From assembly GCF_018350175.1 (NCBI RefSeq), contig NC_058373.1:112470001-112534000 (forward strand): 64,000 bases of DNA. The letters are read 5' to 3'. The first letter of the stretch is position 1, and each line of letters starts with the position of its first letter. Source of the stretch: Felis catus. Its lineage: Eukaryota. Below the pieces are notes generated by a model that worked only from the letters and a program-made list of their open reading frames with translations, had not been told where the DNA came from and made no database searches. The position numbers and the translations under genes are program-made. Positions 13,560-23,681 of this stretch are shown piece after piece.

Positions 13560-14585
13560 ATTTTTTAAAAGTGGCAAAATATACATAATAAAATTTTCCA
13601 TCTTAATAATTTTTAAGTGAGTAGTTCAGTAGTATTAAGTACATTCATATTGTGATTCATATTGTGGTCAGTTAACGTCATCTATCTCCATAATGTTTAC
13701 ATCTTTTCCAAATGAAACTTTGTACTCATTAAACAATAATTCCCATTCTGTGCTTCCCTCCAATTCTTAGGAATTGCTGTTGGCAACCAGTAGTCTACTT
13801 TCCATCTCTATGAATTTGGCTACTCCAGAAACTTCCTATAAGTAGAATCATACAATATTTGTTCTTTTGTGATTGGCTTATTTCACTTAGCATAATGTCT
13901 TCAGAGTTCATTCATGTCATAACATGTGTCAAAATTTTCTTTCTTTTTAGGTCAAGTAATATTCCATTGTATGCATATATCACATTTATTGATTCATCTG
14001 TCAGTGGACACTTGGGTTATTTCCACATTTTACCTGTTATGAATAATGGTGCTATGAACATTGGTATACAAATATCTCTTCAAGATCTTGGTTTTAATTC
14101 TTTTGTATATATAACCAGCAGTGAAAATGGATGATTCTTTGATAATTCTATTTTTAATGTTTTGAGGAACTGCCATACTATTTTCCACAGTGGGTGTATC
14201 ATTTAAAATTTGCCCAAATAGCACACATGGGTTCCAGTTTCTCCACATTCCCTCTACACTTGTTATTTTCCTTTTTTGATTGTAGCCATCCAAATGGATG
14301 TGAGGTGGTATCTCATTGATTTGATTTGCATTTCCCTATTAGTGATTAGTGATGTTAAACATCTTTTCATGTGCTTCTTCATCATTTGTGTATCTTCTTT
14401 GGAGAAGTATCTGTTCAAGTCCTTTGCCCACTTTTGAATTGGGTTGTTTATTTGTAGGTGAGTTTTAGACATTCTCTGTATATTCTGGATATTAATCCCT
14501 TATTAGATATATGATTTGAAAATATTTTCTTCCATTCTGTGTGTTGCCGTTAAATTCTTTTGACATCATCTTTTGATACAGAATT
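13560..14585 (-). mobile_element. L1MA/L1MB-type 3' fragment
   Basis: ORF2 C-terminal remnant [19 protein letters not shown]...[11 protein letters not shown]. Confidence 0.85.
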
Positions 14586-14746
14586 GTTTAAAAAACAATT
14601 TTAGCTCTATTTCCTCCCTTATTTTTACAGTTATTACACATATTTCCTCTACATGTGTTTTGCCATCCCAACATTATAGGTGACCTTTGAATAACATGAG
14701 GGTTAGGAATGCTGAACACATGTGCAGTCAAAAATCCACTTTGCTC

Positions 14747-15444
14747 GCACTCTCAACAATAGCCAAATTATGGAAAGAGCCTAAATGTCCATCAACTGAT
14801 GAATGGATAAAAAAATTGTGGTTTAGGGGCGCCTGGGTGGCGCAGTCGGTTAAGCGTCCGACTTCAGCCAGGTCACGATCTCGCGGTCCGTGAGTTCGAG
14901 CCCCGCGTCGGGCTCTGGGCTGATGGCTCAGAGCCTGGAGCCTGTTTCCGATTCTGTGTCTCCCTCTCTCTCTGCCCCTCCCCCGTTCATGCTCTGTCTC
15001 TCTCTGTCCCAAAAATAAATAAATGTTGAAAAAAAAAATTTAAAAAAAAAATTGTGGTTTATATACACAATGGAGTACTATGTGGCAATGAGAAAGAATG
15101 AAATATGGCCCTTTGTAGCAACATGGATGGAACTGGAGAGTGTTATGCTAAGTGAAATAAGCCATACAGAGAAAGACAGATACCATATGTTTTCACTCTT
15201 ATGTGGATCCTGAGAAGCTTAACAGAAACCCATGGGGGAGGGGAAGGAAAAAAAAAAAAAAAGAGGTTAGAGTGGGAGAGAGCCAAAGCATAAGAGACTC
15301 TTAAAAACTGAAAACAAACTGAGGGTTGATGGGGGTGGGAGGGGAGGGGAGGGTGCGTGATGGGTATTGAGGAGGGCACCTTTTGGGATGAGCACTGGGT
15401 GTTGTATGGAAACCAATTTGACAATAAACTTCATATATTGAAAA
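14747..15444 (+). mobile_element. Young felid L1, 5'-truncated
   Basis: ORF2 end (ALSTIAKLWKEPKCPSTDEWIKKLW), 3'UTR, AATAAA and A tail; perfect 17-bp TSD aaaaatccactttgctc at 14730-14746 and 15445-15461. Confidence 0.95.
14826..15044 (+). mobile_element. Young SINEC_Fc nested in the L1
   Basis: CpG-rich near-consensus body; TSD aaaaaaattgtggttta at 14809-14825 and 15045-15061. Confidence 0.95.
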
Positions 15445-15618
15445 AAAAATCCACTTTGCTCAAAAACTTTACTAATAGTCTGTTGTTTACCAGAAGCCTT
15501 TCTGCCAACATAGTCAATTAACATATATTTGATATATGTATTATATACCATATTCTTACAATAAAGTAAGCTAGGGAAAAGGAAATAAAATCATAAGGAA
15601 GAGAAAATACATTTATAG

Positions 15619-15928
15619 TTCCTTCCTTCCTTCCTTCCTTCCTTCCTTCCTTCCTTCCTTCCTTCCTTCCTCCCTCCCTCCCTCCCTCCCTCCCTCCCTC
15701 CCTCCCTCCCTCCCTCCCTCCCTCCCTCCGTCTTTATTATTTAGAGAGAGAGAGAGAGAGAAAAAAAATGAACCAGTAGAGGAGGGGCAGAGAGAGGGAG
15801 ACAGAGGATCTGAAGTGGACTTCTTGCTGAGAGCAGAGAGCCTGATATGGGGCTCAAACCCATGAACCATGAGATCATGACCTTAGCCAAAGTTGGACAC
15901 TTAACTGACTGAGCCACCCAGACTCCCT
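15619..15928 (-). mobile_element. SINEC whose tail became a (TTCC)n(TCCC)n compound microsatellite
   Basis: Repeat at 15619-15728 followed by a reverse SINE body. Confidence 0.9.
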
Positions 15929-16226
15929 GGTAGTTCTATTTTTAATGTTTTGAGCAAACTCCATACTGTTCTCTCTAGTGGCTGCACCAATTTATATTTC
16001 TACTAAAAGTGCACATGGGTTTCCTTTTCTCCAGATCTTCACGAACACTTGTTACCTCTTTTTGATGGCAGCCATTCTAACAGGTGTGAGATGATATCTC
16101 ACTGTGGTTGTGATTTGCATTTCCCTGATGTTTAGTGATGTTTAGCATATTGTCATGTACCCATTGGCAATTTGTATGTTGTCTTTGGAAAAGTATCTAT
16201 TCAGTTCCCTTGTCTATGTATTAATT

Positions 16227-16262
<36 letters not shown>

Positions 16263-18850
16263 ATTTTGAAGTAATAGGACTTCTTTATATTTTGGATATT
16301 AACCCCTTACCACATAGATATATGGTTTGCAAATATTTTCTCCCATTTCATACATTTCCTTTTCATTTTGTTCATGGTTACATTTGCTGTACAGAAGCTT
16401 TCAGTTTGATCTAGTCCCACTTATTTATTTTTTCTTTTGTTGCCTGTGCTTTTGATGTCAAGTCTAAACAAAAAATCATTGTCATGACTGATGTGAAGGA
16501 ACTTACTGCCTTTATATTCAAGTCTTTAATCTGTTTTGAGTTAATTTTTCTGTATATGTAAGATAGTGTGATCCAGTTTCTTTCTTATGCATGTTGCTGT
16601 CCAATTTTCCCAACACCATTTGTTAAAGAGACTGTCCTTTCCCCATTGTATATTTCTGGCCCCTTTGTTGTAAATTAATTGACCATATATGCATGAGTTC
16701 ATTTCTGGGTTGTCTGTTCTGTTCTTTTGATTTATGTGACTGTTTTATACTGTTTTATTTACTAAAGCTTTTTACTATAGTTTGAGATGAGGGACCATGA
16801 TGCCTCCAGCTTTGTTCTTCTTTCTCAGTTTCATTTGGCTCTTCAAGGTCTTTTGTGGTTCCATACAATGTTAGGATTGTTAATTCTATTTCTGTGAAAA
16901 ATGCCATTAATTTTGATAGAGATTGCATTGTATCTGTAGATTGCTTTGCTTTGTATGGATGGTATAACTATATATTCTTTCAATCCGTGAGCATGGAATA
17001 TCTCTCCATTTATTTTTGTTTTCAGTTTCTTTCATTAATGTCATAGTTTTCAGTATACAGGTCTTTTATCTCTTCCATTTAATTTATTCCTAGGTATTTT
17101 CTTCTTTGTGATGCAATTATAAATAGGATTGCTTTCTTAATTCCTCATTCTGATAGCTTACAATTACTAAACAGAAATGCAAATACTGTGTATTGATTTT
17201 TTTTATCCTGCAACTTTACTGATTTTGTTTTAATTTTAACAGCTTTTTGGTGAAGTCTTTGGGGTTTTCTATAATATGTCATCTGCAAGTAGTAACAATT
17301 TTATGACTGCAAGTAGTTACAGTTTTACTTGTTTCTTTCCAATTTGGATGCTTTTCATTTCTTTTCCTTGCTTAATTGCTCTGGCTAGTATATCTAACAG
17401 TCTGTTGAATGAAAGTAGTGAGTGAGGGCATATTTTTATTTTTTGTTTCTGATCCTAAAAGAAGAGCTTTTACCTTTTCACTATTGAGTTTGACACTAGC
17501 TGTTATAATTGGCCTTTATTATGTTGAGGTACATTCCCTTTATATCTGCTTTGTTGAGAGTTTTTATGATAAATGAAGGTTGAATTTTGTCAGATGCATC
17601 TTCTGCATCTATTGAAATGATCGTATTATTTTTATCCTTATTTTGTTAATGTGGTCTATCACATTGACTGATTTGTAGATGTTGAACCATCTTTCATCCC
17701 TGAAGTCAGTCCCCACCTGATCATGGTATAGGATCCTTTTTAATGTATTTTTTAATTTGATTTGCTAATATTTGGTTGAGGACTTTTGCATATATGTTAA
17801 TCAGAGATTTTGGCCTGTTCTTTTCTTGTGACATTCTTGTCTAGTTTTGGTATTGTGATATCGTTGGCCTTGAGAAGTGAGTTTGAAAGTGTTCCCTCCT
17901 CTTCTGCTTTTTGGAAGAATTTGAAAGGATTGATACTAATTATTCTTTGAACATTGGGTAGAATTTGTCAATGAAGCCATCTTGTCCTGCACTTTTGCTT
18001 TTTGGGATGATTTTGATTACTGATTCAATGTCCTTCCTTATACTTGGTCTGTTAATAATGAAGTTTTGGGGTGATGGTGGAGTGGTCCAGAGCTGAAGGC
18101 CAAGAAAGAATTCTTGAAGATGTCTTTGGGGCAAAAAGGTGATTTCATTAAAGCCTGCGGACAGGACCCATGGGCAGGAAGAATTGCAGTGGGGTTGTGA
18201 GAGTAGCTTATTATATACCCTTAGGTTGGGAGGGGGTCAGGAATAGAATAGTCTCTAAGGTATTTTGGAAGCAAGGTTTCCAGGACCTTGAAGGGCTAGC
18301 TGTTGCTAGGGAAGCACCACTTATTACCATTTAATAGAACCTCAGTCATGAGACCCTTCAGATATATATATTGGGGAGGCCATAAGCTTGGAGTATGATT
18401 GCCAGAATATATCTTGGGGCAGTTGAAATAAAGGAAGTAGACTTATAGGATCCTTGAGGTTGGGATAATGTTAAGACAAGGTTCCCTTTTGCCCTTAGCA
18501 AAGTGTCATCCTTGAGGCAGCTGAGGTGCTAGAGGGAGGTCACTCTGCAGGTTTTAAGGACTTGTCAGTGGGCTGTAGGCAGTAAGGGAATTTAATTTTT
18601 CATTTGCCTTAGTTTCCCACGTTACCACGGCAAGCACTTAAACCCCTTTCCTTTCTTCTTGGGTAGGTAGAAGTGTCTGAGGAGTATCACACATATTCCA
18701 CTGGGCAGGGGTGGGGAGGGCCAGGATGTGCCAGCCTGTATTTTGCCCTCAGCTTTCCCCAAGCTCCCTCATCAGTTAAGATTTCTGTTTAATCATGATT
18801 TAGTCTTGGTAGTTTGTGTTTCTAAGAATTAATCCATTTCTTCTAGTGAT
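15929..18850 (-). mobile_element. Degraded L1 ORF2 (RT and C-terminal part) interrupted by a solo LTR
   Basis: Continuous L1 ORF2 homology, e.g. NRPSIRKDIESVIKIIPKSKSAGQDGFIDKFYPMFKE. Confidence 0.9.
18056..18774 (-). mobile_element. Solo LTR of a carnivore ERV1-class family
   Basis: Termini taatg (degenerate tgatg) and catca; 5-bp TSD gttaa at 18051-18055 and 18775-18779; clear similarity to the LTRs at 20385 and 23290. Confidence 0.88.
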
Positions 18851-19483
18851 TTCAATTCACTGAAAAATTTCAAAAGCTGAGATTTTGGTGCTCTCTCTTG
18901 AGTACTTTGATGAAAGATTTTCAACTGTTTATGGAAAACATGCACTCGAATTTAGATAATTATAAAAGTACTTAATAACATTGTAAGGTACTTAACTTGA
19001 TTTGTAAAATAAAGCATAAGCTAGTTTGTTCTCTTTTAGTTTAGAAGCATCTCAAAGCTTCATACCTTTATTTAGCAAACAGCCCAACAGACTATTTACC
19101 CTTCTTACCTGTCTTTTCACCTTCCTTCTTTGCCTTCAAACAATGGGAGTTAACAGAATTAGAGAAAAAGGAGAGAAAAGCCTGCAATGGTGTTCAATAT
19201 CTTGGTTGAAGTTTTGGAAATATTTTGAAAGGGCATACAGTAAGTGAAATGTTACTTCATTATATATCTGAAAATTCTTTTATCAGTATAACACCTCCTG
19301 CCTGGAGTTCATAAGAATTGAGCCACATTCAGACAGTATCAACCTTTCCTTGGGAATTTATTTACAAAAGAAAATAACTCACTTTAAAACAAATAGGTAT
19401 TTTGTATGTTTAATGTTTTTAATAGGCTACAAAACATAAGAAAATATAGAGATTATAAGACTAAGTCTATGGCCTTAATTTAC

Positions 19484-19988
19484 TGTCCTGAGGAGGAGAA
19501 ACTTTTCCGCTATCCTCTTAATTTAATTCTTGGTTGCCTGCAAATTAAAATTACAAAGAAATAAACTTAATCACATATGTGTATACCAGAGTTCACAAAA
19601 AAATGTGACTCAAACATGTATTAGAATTTGGGCCTTATATACCATCTTAATAGGGAAATGGAAGGAGAAGAAGAGCACTTTTAGGGAAACAAGTCACTTT
19701 TTAGAAGGGCAGGAAAAAGATCACTAATGATATGATAAATGACTTTGGACAGATAAACGTGTCTTTAGGAAAACAGATGAGAGATATGATAGTTTTATGG
19801 TTGTGTCTCTGTTGGTGTGCTGTTTACTTTTCCTCTGAGGAGATTAGAGTTCTTCCCTGGGAGGGTATTTATGACAATTGAGTTCTTTTGGAATGCTCTA
19901 CTTTTAGGTAAAGAAATAATTTCAGATACTCAAATGCCTTTAGTTCAAAATAATTTTTTGTAACAGTGTCATATTATGGATCCTTTCA
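19484..19988 (-). mobile_element. MER34/MER39-like ERV1 solo LTR
   Basis: End resembles this group (tcaaatgcctttagttcaaaataatt...gtcatattatggatcctttca); by eye. Confidence 0.55.
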
Positions 19989-20487
19989 AATGAGTCTGAG
20001 AGATTGCCAGATTTTCTTGGATTTGTCTGCTCTTCATTATTAGAAGAAAGCTAGAGTGTTATCATATTATATATTTTTAAATGTTAAATAAATAGATTTA
20101 CATAAGTAGTTTTCATGTAACAGTATGGTGCTGTTCTTACTGTAAACTATGTACATGGTCAGCCTGTTTTTCTTCCAGTAGAATTTAGTAGAAAAGTCCC
20201 TATCACCAATACTTTATGCTGAGAAAGCCTTTCTAATGATTTTAAGTTAGTGAAAGCTGAACATGTGAAGGACTTTTAATAATCTTTTAGACACAGAGAT
20301 CAAAACATAAAGTAATTTATAAAATGGATCCAAACATAGGAACAGAATACAGACTTATAATGTGTCATGAGATTATCACTTTAATGATGTGATTTGATGT
20401 GGGGTTCGGGAGCAAATGGTCAAGAAAGAAATCTTGAGATATTTTCAGTGCAAAAAAAAAAAAGGTGGTTTTATTAAAGCATGGAGA

Positions 20488-20640
20488 CAGAAGACCATGG
20501 GGGAGGGGAGGGGAAAAAAAAAGTTAGGGAGGGAGGCAAACCATAAGAGACTCTTAAAAACTGAGAATAAACTGAGGGCTGATGGGGGGTGGCAGGGAGG
20601 GGAAGGTGGGTTAAAAAAATAACAGCAAAACAAAAAAATC
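20488..20640 (+). mobile_element. Very short L1 3'UTR fragment in the 3' LTR
   Basis: gaagaccatggggga...aagagactcttaaaaactgagaataaactgagggctgatgg followed by an A-rich tail; absent from the 5' LTR. Confidence 0.85.
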
Positions 20641-21149
20641 ATGGTTGCAGGACTGGTGGGCAGAAAGAGCTGCACTGGAATTGTGAGGAGTGATTGATTA
20701 TACTGATTGATTATATACTTTTAAGTTGGGAAGGGTAGAGACAAAGGAAGTTTCCAAAAGGATTTTCATATGCTAAAGAAGACTTACAGGATCTTGGAGG
20801 TCTAGTTGTTGTCAAGGTAAGGTTGTTTTTTCCTCTAGCAAGGCATTAACATTAAGAAGTTGGAAGTTCATGGCCTAATGCCATACTCTGCCTATCTCAA
20901 GTATTTGCCAAATGGCTGTCAAAGTTATAAGGAAATTTAATTTTATCTACATTTCCTTTTGCCTTTGTTCTCCACAGCATTCTCCCCTGAACAATTTTAA
21001 CCCTTAAATCTTTAAGGTTGTTGAGGGTGGAAGGTTTTATCTTTTGTAACTTCTTCCTGCTGAACAGGGGCATAGAGATGTCCCTACCTATGGGCCAACA
21101 TTGATCAATTGGGGGAACTTATATATAGGAATTAACAAAGGCAGAGGCA

Positions 21150-21560
21150 GCCGAACTCAGGGTAGCATAAATGAGCTCCCTTGAGTAGAAAGGATCATCT
21201 GTTGGCAGTGAAGGAGTCTTGGCACCAGGCAGGGAAACACCAGAAAAGACAACAAAATAGACAAAATTATTATGAGAAAAAGAAGCCCAATAAAAAAGTC
21301 CTTTGATAGTCGACCAAAACCTTCCTCCAGTCCAGGAGTTTAACCAATCACTAAAGGAAAAATTGTTTAAAGTGCCAGTTTGAATATTTATATCTTTTAG
21401 CAACCTTGTTACATTTTTGTGATTTCTGGAATGTATACACAATATTCTGTTTTTATGACAGCACATGTTTCACCTTGTGTAGCAGTTAAAATATCTGATG
21501 CCATTTTGAGAGTCATTTAAGGCCTTAATTGTGTAGTAAGTGGTGTTAGCCATTATATAC
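21150..21560 (-). pseudogene. env: Retroviral env TM-subunit remnant (gamma-type)
   Basis: Minus strand 21504 to 21424 reads MASDILTATQGETCAVIKTEYCVYIPE (immunosuppressive domain plus a degenerate CX6CC), then frameshifts into NHKNVTRLLKDINIQ...FSDWLNSWTGG. Confidence 0.85.
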
Positions 21561-21879
21561 TCTGTTTTGTTTAGCAAGCAATCAGGTAATTAATGAGAGG
21601 CACCTTTATGGAAACAAAAGAAAAATATAAGTTAATGGTTGCAGCAAATTACAAACCCTATGTCTTGAGTCTCAAGTGCTTAAAATCTAATATCTACAAA
21701 GATGGGTTATCAAAACAGATTTTTGCTCTATAATCACCCTCATTTTTATTAAAGATAGCCAAATGAAGACTAACTCATTTGAAAAACCAAATTTTAACAA
21801 ATTTGGCCTAATTATTTACATAAGCTTAGCAAGAACAGTGATTGATCTTGTAGCTCTTTTAAAATCTGCTTTGCTGAAC

Positions 21880-22175
21880 TATAAGAGACTCTTAAATACA
21901 GAGAACAAACTGAGTGTTGCTGGAGGGGAGTTTGGTGGGGAGATGGGCCAAATGGGTCATGGGCATTAAGGAGGACACTTGCTGAGATGAGCACTGGGTG
22001 TTATATGTAAGTGATGAATCACTAAATTGAACTCCTGAAACCATTATTATACTATATGTTAACTAACTTGGATTTAAATTAAAAAGGAAGGAAGGAAGGA
22101 CAGAAGGAAGGTAAGAAAGAAAGGAAGAAAAGGAAGGAAGGGAAAGAAAGAGAACGAAAGAAAGATCAATCAATC
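21880..22175 (+). mobile_element. Short L1 3' end with GAAG/GAAA-converted tail inside the provirus
   Basis: L1 3'UTR; near-TSD aatctgctttgctgaact / aatctgctttcctggaact. Confidence 0.85.
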
Positions 22176-22221
22176 AATCTGCTTTCCTGGAACTTTTATA
22201 AGGAATCTGAATTGAACTTTT

Positions 22222-22442
22222 ATTTTTTTATTTTTTTAAACTTTTTAACATTTATTTATTATTGAGAGACAGAGCATGAGCTTGGGAGGGGAAGAGAGAG
22301 GAGGGGACACAGAATCTGAAGCTGGCTCCAAGTTCTGAGCTGTTAGCACAGAGCCCGATGCGGGGCTTGAACTCAAAAACTGCAAGATCGTGACCTAAGC
22401 TGAAGTCGGACGTTTAACCAACTGAGCCACCCAGGCGCCCCT
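22222..22442 (-). mobile_element. SINEC_Fc-type SINE inside the provirus
   Basis: TSD attgaactttta on both sides. Confidence 0.92.
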
Positions 22443-23681
22443 CGATTGAACTTTTAGTAGCCTCTCTATGCCAGAAGCCAAGCCAAGTGCTTGCCATCAG
22501 ACATGTTTGCAATACCTGTAGATGTGGGCAAATTCCTCTTTTGGAGGTCCCCAAAATATCCTGAGGTTCCTGCATCCAATAAGAAGTGACATTCTTTACT
22601 CACCTGGTAAGGCTGTTGGGAACTCTATAATCAGGGTTATTATCAGGTCAACATTTCCAAGGGGCTCTTATTGGCTTCATTCTTCATACAGTCAACCTTA
22701 GTTCCTTAAAACTGTATGGTCATATCTGAGTCTATGCATGTCTCTCAAATATGACATTCTTGTCAAAGCCTTGATAAAATAACCAGTATTTTCAATGGTG
22801 TCCTGTTACAAGAACAGATTCTTATTGAACTTATACAAGTAACTATGATTGCCAAGATGAAAGAAAGAGTATTCGCTGAGAGTGTCTGTATTTCAGAGGG
22901 TTCAGGTAGAGGGTTTAAATGCTTCAAGCTGTTCATAAAGGAATGTTTTTTCATATTTATGTGGTCATGGATATTTTAAGAGAATGTTTCCCTAAACTGG
23001 AAGAGCAAACATCAGAGAATCAGGTTTCAAATAAGAGTCACAAAAACTGTAATCATCTTCCTCAGTTGATTCAGTTCCATGTTACTAATTCTTGTTCAGT
23101 TTGAATGCAGCTTTTAATTAGTTCCAGAATTCTTAACAATTTTAGTTTTATGATTTTAAAGATAACAAAAACCTGTATCATCAGAAGCCCTTTTTTATGA
23201 ATCTCCTTTAAGGTGAAATGCATTTTGCAAGAGAATAAAAACTCAAGAGTTGAGTTGAGATGACTCATTATCCATGTTTGGTGCCAAAATGGTATGATTT
23301 GACCTGGGATCTGGAAATGAATGGTCAAGAAAGAATTCTTGAGACATTTTTGGTGAAAATAAGGTGGTTTTATTAATGCACAGGGACAGGACCTATGGGC
23401 ACAAAGAGCTGCACTGGGATTTTGAGGAGCGATTGATTATATACTTTTCAGTTGGAAGGGGTAGAGACAAAGGAAGTTTCCAAAAGGATTCTGATGTGGT
23501 AAAGAAGACATACAGGATTCTGGAGGTCTAGCTAAGGTTGTTTTTTTTCCTCTAACAAGGCATTAACATTAAGATGGTTGGGAGTTCCTGGAGGAAAGCC
23601 GTATTCTTCTGTCTCAAGTATTTGTCAGTGGGCTGCAAATTATACAGAGATTTAATTTTATCTACATTTCCTTGTTTTGTT

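Larger units (their letters stand above)
14677..15618 (-). mobile_element. Tigger2-family DNA transposon fragment hosting an L1 and a SINE
   Basis: Degenerate TIR taggtgacctttgaataacatg; body similar to 43647-43878 and to the reverse complement of 51040-51283. Confidence 0.8.

Noticed and set aside
14826..14900. tRNA gene suggested by A-box/B-box-like sequence
   Set aside because: It is the tRNA-derived head of a CAN-SINE, followed by (CT)n and an A tail. The same applies to all other copies.
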